Source: Calcarisporiella thermophila CBS 279.70
Taxonomy: Eukaryota > Fungi > Calcarisporiellomycota
Assembly (NCBI RefSeq): GCF_041956535.1
Contig: NW_027192207.1
Span: forward strand, 30,310 to 63,479
Length of the DNA stretch: 33,170 nt
Direction of reading: 5' to 3'
How positions within the stretch are numbered: position 1 is the first letter of the stretch; each line of letters starts with the position of its first letter. Made by a program: the position numbers and the translations under genes. The notes beneath the pieces are model-generated. The model worked only from the letters and a program-made list of their open reading frames with translations. It made no database searches and was not told the origin of the DNA. Of the stretch, positions 21,925 to 31,507 are shown piece by piece.

Positions 21925-24900
21925 ATGTGGATTATTGAAGGAATTGGTACCAATGAAGGTCTGGTATAAAGTCTGGCTCACAGTATATCGATCATATTTT
22001 CTGAAATGCTTTATTCTATATCTGAGCGTAGGTGTGAAGCGCTGGCTACGGCCCAATAAGCAATACGTGTTGGGACGAACCAAGCGTGAGTATGTTTGGT
22101 ATAGAGCAGTGACATTTTTAGCTAATCTCCACTGCTTTCCTAAGTGTGCGACTTTTCCTTGCTGGGAGACAAGAGTGTCAGTCGCAAACATGCGGTCCTC
22201 GATGTTGGCGAGGCTAAAGTTGGTAATATTCAATTGTGTTGGATTGACCAGTAATTAAATATATTATGCTCCTTTTTCCTGTAATCTAGACTCAACCATC
22301 GGAACACACGCAGCTGATTCTTAGTGATCTGAATTCTAAATTTGGAGTGTTTGTCAATGATAAACGCGTCGAAAACACGATGGAGCTCAAGGACGGAGAT
22401 CAATTTAAACTTGGGGTATGGACAAGTATTTTCAAGTACGTACTATTCCTGCTTTTATACCATAAAGTATGCCAAATTGAACCTTTCATGTGATCATAGA
22501 GTATATTGGAAGCCGGCTGTATTGTGTGTATCTGGGTTGCAAGAAGACAGTTACCGCGAAATATGCGAGCGAGCAGCCAACCAAGGCAAGTTGCGAAAAA
22601 TTTTTATGCCCCTTTATAATGCAGTTTATATCCTTATTCTCTCCCGAACTAATTACGTTGTATATATAGATATTCGTGTCACGAAAGAGTGGATTACAGG
22701 AATGAGCACTCATTTCTACACTCCCCAGCTCGTTGCAACGCAGAAACTCTTTTGCGCCCTGCTTGAATGTCGGTACATAGTAGGCCCAACATGGCTGGAA
22801 GAGATGGAGAAGACAGCTGAGGAAAGAGAAAAATGCTTCAGTATAGTGGCCCCGCAAAATTTTGAGCCCCCTAAGGCAGATCAAAGCTTTTCCAGTGAGA
22901 AAGTTTCCTTACGGCCAGTAGAGAAGCGGAGAACTCTCTTTGCAGGATTAACATTTTTGATCTTCCAGGAGAAGCAGGTATTTATTATTGGGAACTACCT
23001 ATAGTGTGCACTATTTTTCTCGCTTCAGCTGCTCACTTCTACTCTCCATTGCAGTTCCAGTCTGTTGCAGAGACCATTCGTCTCGGCCAGGGCCGTGCCA
23101 TACATGTTGCCCTTGGTGCAGATATACCCAACAGTGCTGAGTCGATAGTAGATTTGGCAAGGAAATACAACCGCCCTATTTTAGTAGAACCGAAGGCGAT
23201 CGCTGTGGGAGAAAAAACGAGCGAAATATACAAGGCGGCCTCTATGTAAATATTGCGCAAGTGCTTTGAATTCTGTTTTTTCAAAAAAAAAAATAACTCT
23301 GAAACGCGTAGGCTTGGGATGGTCTTGATACCAGAGCATGATATTGGATACGCAGTACTTTATGCAAATACTGACGAATATTGTAACCCCAATGCGCCAC
23401 CCGTCTCAACCTATAGGCCTCTCGACAGGCACATTGGGTTAGACAGCCCAGATAACAGGCGAACCAAGCGTGGATCATCGATAGAGAGAAATGAAGATGA
23501 AAATGTAAATAACGAGAAAAGAAAGACAAAGGAATTGCCAAAGGTAATAACATGTTCTTTGAATAAAACTGTTATAGTATAACTGCATATATGCTCCAAT
23601 ATTTAGACTTTCGATACGGCACAGAATTTGTGGGATAATTTACTTGGGGTCGACACAGACACACCGACAGTTACAGAGGCAGATCGAGAAAGGACTGAAG
23701 AGGATGAAAAGCAGCCAGAAAGGACTACTGTTAATTCGCTTAATCCCAACAAGTCTAATCTTGTCAATGTAAGTCCATGCTGTTATTTAATTCACAACGG
23801 ATAATTTTAATATATTTTTTGCTGGGCAGAACTTGGTCGAGAGTCTATGGGACGATTTGCTTGGTGGTGACGTAGACACACCGACAGCCACAGAGGCAAA
23901 TCAAGAGAGAACTGAAGAGGATAAAAAGCAGCCAGAAAGGGCTACTGTTAACTCACGCAATTCCGACAAGTCTAATTTTGCCAATGTAAGTCCATGATGT
24001 TATCTAACCCACAGCGGATAATTTTAATATATCTTTTGCTGGGCAGAACTTGGCGGAGAGTCTTTGGGATGATTTGCTTGGTGAGACGCAGACTCTGCCT
24101 CCACCAGATGTAGGAGATAATGAAGTGAAATTGAATGAGGGTATATCAGAGGTTTGAATCTTCTATTGTGATTTCCCCTTTTTTGCGCACATTCCATTTA
24201 AGGTTGTTTTTGATATTATAGCAAGAATCACAAAACTCGGTTATTCGCCAGCCCGACTTTTTACCTGCGTCTCCACTTACAGACAGCTTTGCCTCAAATT
24301 CAACATCTGCACCCCCTTCCTTCCCATCCTCCACAAATCCGCCCGTAACCGAGTATTCTCGGGACTCAGCAGGACCACGGTCTTCATTACCAAGTCTCTC
24401 TCTCTCTCCTTCTCGCTCGGCCGACGAAGAGGATGACCTCTTTTTTGCAGAAAATTCCAAAATCAAGTCCAAAGGGAAAAATGCAAAACGAAGAAAAATT
24501 GATGCAGAAAACGATCCAATCCGCAAGCAGATTCGCACTGCAGCGCGTGATGAAAAGGAAAGAATCAAGACAGAAGAAGAGCATGAAAGGATGGTTATTG
24601 CGAAGGAGAGAAGAGCACTAGAGAGTTCAGAATATGGAGACGCTGAAAAAAGAAAAATTTCGCAGGAAGAGGTCGTGGAGCTAGTTAAGCGGCAGTATGG
24701 TGAGGGGATCAGTGCCAACAAAGGTAATAGAAGAGAACAAAAGAAGAGCAACGTGAAAAATTTCAAGAGGTTCAAAAAGGTACTCTATCGATTAATTGTT
24801 TGGAATTCTTTTCTCGTATGCCTATTATTGCTATTGCTGCATATGTACTAGGCTAATTACGTGGGTATGAACCGAAATCTTGGTTTTGTGCAGCTTGTAG

Positions 24901-25130
24901 TTCACGACTCCAATAGCGTTGCTGACTCCTCTGGATTCCTAAGTGACGATACCCAAAGTGTCAGAAATCCGCGGGACGAGATGGATGATATTTTCGACGC
25001 GTTGCCCGCCCTTAATAATAAGAGTGGCAATAAACAACGCCAAGTTAGACTGCCAATAAGGCGAGCGGCTGAGGGCAAATCACAAAAGAAGCAATACATA
25101 GAGATTGAGGAGGATGACTTTTTCGACTAA
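21925..25130 (+). CDS. NBS1: Nibrin/Nbs1 (MRN complex subunit; FHA-BRCT-BRCT, Mre11-binding motif); multi-exon
   Basis: MWIIEG|...YVLGRTK...DKSVSRKHA...DLNSKFG forms the FHA domain. The BRCT-like region includes THFYTP...ALLECRYIVGPTWL and RRTLFAGLTF. The C-terminus has KNFKRFKK (Mre11-binding NFKxFxK motif) and an acidic EEDDFFD* end. Confidence 0.93.
23607..24082 (+). repeat. 217-bp tandem duplication (156-nt exon + 61-nt intron) inside NBS1, about 2.2 copies
   Basis: Introns 23769-23829 and 23986-24046 are near-identical (GTAAGTCCATG...TTTTGCTGGGCAG). The flanking exons share GACACACCGACAG...ACTGAAGAGGAT.AAAAGCAGCCAGAAAGG. Confidence 0.93.
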
Positions 25131-25601
25131 AATGCCCACGGCAAACCTTGTAAATATCTTCGTTCGATAATAAATTCCATTTAGTTTTGACTCAATTATA
25201 GGTTTTGGCCGTGTCTTTCGTGTCATTTTAGTGACAAAAAAGTAGCTTAGAAGCTCCAACCAGCTGAATCTTCCCAACCTGAATGGGAGTTTTTTCAAGT
25301 TGAATAAAGTTAAAAAAACTCCAAGTGAAGGTAGGGTTGATGAAGTATGATGCTTTATGCGTGTAACTCGCATAAACAGAGATCTACTATGTGAAAAGAC
25401 ATTTACGGTATATTCGAGTTTTTATTTACAATAGTGTGAAATGGCTTTTGCAGTTCCATTTCTTATTTTATACTGAAATGTTGTGGCGCAATTCTCTAGT
25501 GACTTCTTGCGCGCAGTTTTAGGTTGCGCTAACTCTGTAATTTCATATTAAGGCTACGGTTTCGCGTAATCTCTTCTCTTTTTGAGAAGTATAAAGTAGC
25601 T

Positions 25602-28600
25602 ATGACAACGGCGCCATGTGGAGTTATGACCGTCTCTGATCTCTTCTTATTAAATCATTCACTATCTTCCCATGAGGCTACATCTCACATTCTTGTTGGT
25701 CACCTAGTAATTGCCACTTCCCCCCAGGAGACTTCCTACTCACGAGGCACCTTAGTGTTCCAGGACGATACAGGGGAGGTCGCGTGTAAGATAAAAAAAT
25801 TTAATCGATACTGGACGAAGTACCGGGTTCGTTTGAAAGCGTGGCATTATGTGCACAATGGTGCGCTGGGGAGTGACAAAAAGAGAATTCCGAAAAATTA
25901 TCTAGAAATTTGGGAAGATCCGGAGATTGTGGGCAATCATCACGAGAATAATCCAACTTCACGTAATGCTGACAGTATGGGACTCTATCTTGTTCCGAGA
26001 TTATTGAGCAAAGAGCTCCTAGAGCAATATCACCCATGTACTCTTTCTGAGCTTGAAAAACTAGAGATCGTGCATAGGAATGAAGCGGCAATTACGGTGT
26101 GCACTCGTGTGAAAGCAAAAAGTGTGCTTCATATTCCCTCGAGTCAAACTGCCTCTTTCTTTCTCGAGCTTGAACTCTTTCTCTCTGACCTCACCAGCGA
26201 ACAGAATAATGCCTACATGATCTTTGAAGGCGATGATCTTATTCCTCTTCACGACGAAATATGCGTTGGACAGCCATACATTTTTACAAAAATACACATA
26301 GCATGGAGCAATAAGTCACAAGAAAAGGTTCTGGTTTTCGGAAGTAACGAATCCACTATAATCCCAGTTACATCTTCAGATAAAACTACTAATCCATCGC
26401 GGCTTTCAGGGCTAACGCCACCATGTCAGCTACGACACCAGAATATTGTGATCAACTATACAGGGAGACTGACGCGGATCCTCGATGCACTCTTAGGCCT
26501 CTTTGTGCTTGATAACCGGTTCATCCTTTCCCTTAGCCATCATTTCGACTACAATCCCGAGCAGCCCTTCCGCGAAGGGACTACCCTACGATTATGCAAC
26601 GTACACCTTATTTTGCTGGAAAATGCTGAAAAAATATGGAAAGACATTGTGGAAGATCTAGAAGGGATGGCTGAAAATATTGTTGCACTTGTTGGATGTA
26701 CTTATTCGACCATAGAGATCACAGAGTTTTCAACGGCCCACAATCCTTTTTATAAGAGTATAACTTTTGGTGCTCCAGGACTAGACGAGAACAATTCAAG
26801 TTCAGTAATGAGCAATGCGCTTTTTGCATTACGCAGCAAAGTAACTGCTGTTAAACTCCTACGTATCATTGAACTCTTCTATCTATTCCGCCGAAAATTC
26901 ACCTTTTCTGAGAACGGCATGCTAATTCCAGAGAAGGCCCTGGTGATGGAGCGACAGAATAGCAGAGGTGTACTTTCTGAACTATTGCAAAATCTTGAAG
27001 GAGAATTAGGACTCCAAGATGTCTATGGTGATTTCTTTAATCATACGCAAGGTTGTTCGATCATCGGGATACTGCCGGATTGTGCTAAAACTGAAAGCAA
27101 GGAATGGCGATTTCCAGTGCTGAGTGAGATCGCAGCCCATTTACAAGAACTTGTCTGCCTTCGCACGCCTTCCTCTCCTCCGTCGGTGCAATCGACCACT
27201 ATGTATCGCTGTGAAGTATTGTCCGCACACGAAACTGGGCTTGAACGGACTGCGTTTTTAGGAATTTTGCGAGGTGCAACAGATGCCTCAGGGAGTTTGG
27301 AATTGGTAGATGCGAGTGGGAGTATTCGTCTGGTTCCAAACTCGGCTTCCCCCTTATTTTCTCCCTATTCATCGAAAAGGAAGCGCAACGAAAAGGTGCG
27401 GGAGGTTGACTGCTATATGTTGGGACATGTATGGATGATTCCAGCATACGAGATTGTAGTGGAATGGCTCGGATCTTCTGAAAGAGAAGATGTATCAATG
27501 AAGGATCCAGACGAGGTGTCAAAACCAGAAGAAAACCTTGTGTACAAGGTATATATGAGGTTTGATGTGAGCCAGGCGGTATGCGTATATCGGCTTCCCA
27601 TTCCAAACCCCTGGATGCCGCTTCTTGGTACTGGCGATAGGGATGCGCGGAATGTATTGTTTCTAGCAAGGCACGCGCATACACCTAGACTCGAGCACAC
27701 GATCAAGGATGCTGAGGTTCGCTGTCTCGTCGAAGGCATTGGGTTCGATATGGTCTCGCGTGAATCCAATCGAGGCGGGAAGGAACACGCGATGGTTACT
27801 AAAGAAAAAAATATGATGTTAGAACTGGACGGTGCGAGCATGCAGTTGCTAGCGGGAATACGAGTGGGGGGAGCTTATCGAATTTGTGTTTCAGCGAGTA
27901 ACCCGACGCGGGGCTCGAGAGGGAAAAGAGAAGATTCTTCCAAAATGGCTCAGGAGACCGAGACCATATTCTCTGCTCATATACTTGCCTTCGAGCAAAT
28001 TTCCCTTCCCTTTACTGCAGAATATCATCCCACAATTCGCGATCTTATTCTTCAAAAAATCGCTGCAACTCGATTGCGCCTGGATACTGCCTCCTGGTCT
28101 TTCATCGCAAAATCGCTGCAAACTCTGCAGAAGACGATGCAGTCTGTGTGTTTTTCTGCCGATGCTGTGGTGCCTCCTCCGCCTAACGAGTTGCCTTTGG
28201 CGACGGGGTATCTGAAAAAGCTTATCAATGTGCAGGGGATTGTCTTGGCCAAAGAGATCCGTGAGATCAAATCTCGATGGTGGGAAACGCGCACTCACGC
28301 GGCTTCACGTGCCTTTCTCCAACACGGAGCTGGATGCGGAGGTCCTGGTCGGGTGCTGATCGTCAAAATTGGTGATGTGCCTGGGAGTGAGGGGGTAGAA
28401 GTGCGGATGGACTTGGGGCGCGGTGGGTATCCCCTGGGAGTGACTCCGGGCTGTCTTGTCACCTTTTGGCGGATTGGGCGCAGGATGGAAAGTGCAAGGA
28501 ATCGCATCTGGTGTTCTTGGTTGGCGTGCTCCTCTATTGCTGTAGAGTCCTCGAAACTAGACGAAGAGGTTTCGGGGGTAGGCAGTAGCTTGTGTTCGCG

Positions 28601-29360
28601 TCGGGTTTTCCTGGCTGAACTGCTCCAATACAACCGTCCACCTTCCACCCCCTCCGTTTCATCTGAGATTATCGAAGCCCATATCTCGATAATACAAGTA
28701 CTAGATGCCATTTTTGCTCGCGTTTGCTCCTCTTGCAAAAGTGTCTTGCTCCCCTTTGGGTTATGCAGACGCGGATGCACACGACCCAAATCACATTTCC
28801 TGGCTCGCATGAAAGCCGTGGTCACAGATGGAACGGGTGAGGGCTTGGCCCTTGTCGAGGGCGAAGAGTTGGTGTCACGAATGCTGGCCTTGACGACTAA
28901 AGATGTAGAGAAAGTACAAAGCGAAGCGGTGGCGAAGGGGAGAATAAAATTCTGGAGGGGCAGTATGCTGAAAAGCTCCACGACGGTGGCCGTTGGTAAT
29001 GAGGGGGTAGATTCCGGTGAAGAAGCTGGAGAAACCTCGGAGGAAGAGGGGCAGGCGACCTTGAGCGATAAGGGCCCCAATTCCTTACTAACCAAGATAT
29101 GCACTCGACCGCGTATACAGCGCCGAATGATCGTGGTTGCGCATCCATGGTTCACGCAGACCAAGCCTAATCCCATTCTTGAGACCATAGATGTTACTTT
29201 GTCAAAATATCACTGCATACGGGAGTTAAGCACTAAACCTCCCACACGTTTCAAGACTCTGATGCACAGTCGCCTTCAGCTTCAAATTATACGTGTGGAG
29301 GAAGCAAATGCAGGAGCTGAGGCAGCACGATTAATAGATGAGTTGTCGTCGATGCGCTAA
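25602..29360 (+). CDS. CTC1: CST complex subunit CTC1 (multi-OB-fold telomere/ssDNA-binding protein), 1252 aa, single exon
   Basis: OB-fold signatures appear in CTC1-like order: GTLVFQDDTG, YTGRLTRILDALLGLFVLD, LRLCNVH, GSLELVDASGSIRL, YPLGVTPGCLVTF, a Zn-ribbon CSSC...C...C, and VVTDGTGEG. The length matches animal/plant CTC1. Confidence 0.85.
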   Translation: MTTAPCGVMTVSDLFLLNHSLSSHEATSHILVGHLVIATSPQETSYSRGTLVFQDDTGEVACKIKKFNRYWTKYRVRLKAWHYVHNGALGSDKKRIPKNYLEIWEDPEIVGNHHENNPTSRNADSMGLYLVPRLLSKELLEQYHPCTLSELEKLEIVHRNEAAITVCTRVKAKSVLHIPSSQTASFFLELELFLSDLTSEQNNAYMIFEGDDLIPLHDEICVGQPYIFTKIHIAWSNKSQEKVLVFGSNESTIIPVTSSDKTTNPSRLSGLTPPCQLRHQNIVINYTGRLTRILDALLGLFVLDNRFILSLSHHFDYNPEQPFREGTTLRLCNVHLILLENAEKIWKDIVEDLEGMAENIVALVGCTYSTIEITEFSTAHNPFYKSITFGAPGLDENNSSSVMSNALFALRSKVTAVKLLRIIELFYLFRRKFTFSENGMLIPEKALVMERQNSRGVLSELLQNLEGELGLQDVYGDFFNHTQGCSIIGILPDCAKTESKEWRFPVLSEIAAHLQELVCLRTPSSPPSVQSTTMYRCEVLSAHETGLERTAFLGILRGATDASGSLELVDASGSIRLVPNSASPLFSPYSSKRKRNEKVREVDCYMLGHVWMIPAYEIVVEWLGSSEREDVSMKDPDEVSKPEENLVYKVYMRFDVSQAVCVYRLPIPNPWMPLLGTGDRDARNVLFLARHAHTPRLEHTIKDAEVRCLVEGIGFDMVSRESNRGGKEHAMVTKEKNMMLELDGASMQLLAGIRVGGAYRICVSASNPTRGSRGKREDSSKMAQETETIFSAHILAFEQISLPFTAEYHPTIRDLILQKIAATRLRLDTASWSFIAKSLQTLQKTMQSVCFSADAVVPPPPNELPLATGYLKKLINVQGIVLAKEIREIKSRWWETRTHAASRAFLQHGAGCGGPGRVLIVKIGDVPGSEGVEVRMDLGRGGYPLGVTPGCLVTFWRIGRRMESARNRIWCSWLACSSIAVESSKLDEEVSGVGSSLCSRRVFLAELLQYNRPPSTPSVSSEIIEAHISIIQVLDAIFARVCSSCKSVLLPFGLCRRGCTRPKSHFLARMKAVVTDGTGEGLALVEGEELVSRMLALTTKDVEKVQSEAVAKGRIKFWRGSMLKSSTTVAVGNEGVDSGEEAGETSEEEGQATLSDKGPNSLLTKICTRPRIQRRMIVVAHPWFTQTKPNPILETIDVTLSKYHCIRELSTKPPTRFKTLMHSRLQLQIIRVEEANAGAEAARLIDELSSMR

Positions 29361-29799
29361 TATCACTCAAACTTATTCCTGTTTAATTCAGAGTCCCCAA
29401 TTACCTAAATCTATCCTTTTTTTTATTATACACCTTTGATTTTTTTTTACCTGCAAATACTTTATAACTAATGTATTTTTTTAATGCCCTTTTTTATTTT
29501 GATATGACTTCTTTTGTATTCTTGTAATAATATATCCCCAAAGGAAAATTCAGTCAGTTAAATACCAAAACAACTACAAAAAATATCAGAGATGGTAGAA
29601 AACACTAGAGAAGACGAAATATCCGCACTTTGGAATGACAAGTGTGTGAACTTAGATTACTTACCTCACTAAAGGAGAAGCACCTAGGAGTTACTTCTGG
29701 TAACATCCAATAGGGAAAAGCTGTGGTCCATATGAAATTGATTGTCAGCGATAATGAAAGTAATAGATAAATTTTATGGGAACAGATATTAGACCACTA

Positions 29800-30190
29800 T
29801 ATTAACCAGTAATGTTAACACTGATAAAAATTGTATTGGAAAATCAATATTCCCGATGGAAGTATAGGGCGCATCTTTAATCTAATAAAGTATTTATATA
29901 ATCATTTTGTGTATGAGTAAATAACCGTAAATAACTACTAAGCAGTAATAGTAACAATGTTAGAAATTGTATTGGAAAATCAAAATTCCGAATAAAAAGT
30001 GTAGGATGTATCTTTTATCTATCAAAGTATTTTTATAGCTCATTTTGTGTATGCGTAAATAAACGTACATATCTACTAAGCAGCAATGGTAACAATGGTA
30101 GAAATTGGATTGGAGATTAATGATTCCCAAAAGAAGTATAAGTCGTACCACAAATCCAGCAAAGTTTTTATATAATCATTTGTGTATCCT
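29800..30190. repeat. Degenerate AT-rich tandem repeat, period about 137 bp, about 3 copies
   Basis: TTG(T/G)ATTGGA recurs at 29831, 29967 and 30105. TCATTT(T)GTGTAT recurs at 29902, 30040 and 30176. Confidence 0.75.
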
Positions 30191-30436
30191 GCCCTTGTGT
30201 CTGGATAAAGCAATTACTATTTGGACATATGATGGGGCACATATACAATTTAACAAGATTTTGTAAAAGGGGCTAAAACCATCTTCGCGTTAAAAAAGAA
30301 CCGTATTTTTATTGCCTGATTTATTGTCTAAAAATTAACTTAAATAGCTGAACGATATAAATAACCAGCATTTTTCATGAAGCGTATAACAACTCTAAGA
30401 CTATTTCCTCTATAAACGTAAGAAACACCTATTACG

Positions 30437-30682
30437 ATGCATAAGCTATTTTTCAACTTCTTCTTCATTTGTATAATTTATTCGAGCAGTGTATTTGCTC
30501 GAGACGTGTACTGTGGAGGCTGTTCTCTGTTGAGATGCAGCGATGAAAGTGCTACTTATGATTGTTGTTCAGGGGGTAAAAAGGACACAACTCTAGGACA
30601 CGCTATTTGCGAAATAAGTGGAGATTTGAATAATTTTATTAATTGCTGTGAGTCAAAGGGGTGGAGCGCATATGAGAATTAA
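30437..30682 (+). CDS. Small secreted cysteine-rich protein (81 aa)
   Basis: Signal peptide MHKLFFNFFFICIIYSSSVFA. The mature ~60 aa has 8 Cys (C-C-C-CC-C-CC). TATA-like sequences lie upstream (~30356, ~30411) and AATAAA downstream (30721). Confidence 0.8.
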   Translation: MHKLFFNFFFICIIYSSSVFARDVYCGGCSLLRCSDESATYDCCSGGKKDTTLGHAICEISGDLNNFINCCESKGWSAYEN

Positions 30683-30748
30683 ACGAAATTTAAAGTATCT
30701 CTGGAAACCTCAATATTTTTAATAAATTGCTCGTATTTCCTGAAAGTT

Positions 30749-31212
30749 TACAGTTACAAATAAGTATTATTTATGTTTTAAAATCTGTGCCTATTTTCAT
30801 GACGTTCACAATATGGGCTATTTTATGGCAACTTTATAGGGATATAGCAATTTATTATGAATAATGAAGTGGATCAATTTTGACCAGAATTTACCGATGT
30901 AGATTTTTACTTTTGTAACTCGATATCTAAAGGCGTCTATGGCTCGAAAGTTGCTCCACATTTTCTGCTAGCCATACTCTTATTTATCCTATAAAACAAA
31001 CCCTTATGCCTCGAATCACTCCAGGTAAACCTGCTCGCGTATCCGTCCTCCTCGAAGAGGGATACTCAACACGTGAAATTGCCGCCCGAGAAGGCATTGG
31101 AAAAAATATAGTAGGCGCTAGTTCAACGTTGGCGCAGAAAGACTCCGTATACCAATCCTCCATGTGCATTGATACCTCGCACATTACGCGAAGTGCTAGG
31201 TTAGAATTATAA
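30749..31212 (+). mobile_element. Truncated Tc1/mariner-like DNA transposon relic (putative left end plus N-terminal HTH of the transposase)
   Basis: ORF 31006 MPRITPGKPARVSVLLEEGYSTREIAAREGIGKNIVG resembles a Tc1 paired-like HTH (G.S.REIA...G). There is a candidate TA|CAGT terminus at 30749-30754. No DDE domain or matching right TIR was seen. Confidence 0.6.
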
Positions 31213-31507
31213 TAACGCAGAGACCACTTTTTATAAATAGAGTAGTACTAGTAAAAACGGTTCCTGCCTATAGAGTTATTGAAGGCATATTGCCTTGTAA
31301 GTTACTTTAGTTCTTATTAGTATAGTAAGTGTCTGCAATTAAAGCAGCAACAGAAAATGATAAGTAGGAGTTATATTTGAAAAGCCCGTATATCCGAGTG
31401 ATTTATTAGAATAAATATTTAAATAAATCCAAATAATCGTATAAATATATGAATATATATATATAGGCCATAGCTCATCACGAACAGAGAAAAGGTAAAC
31501 AAATACA

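Noticed and set aside
23607-24082. Repeat-spacer-like appearance suggesting a CRISPR-type array
   Set aside because: The repeats are duplicated spliceosomal exon+intron units inside NBS1 in a eukaryotic genome, and no cas genes are present.
28295-29188. 297-aa antisense ORF within CTC1
   Set aside because: It is in codon register with the sense gene in a GC-rich stretch and has no motifs, so it is a typical shadow ORF.
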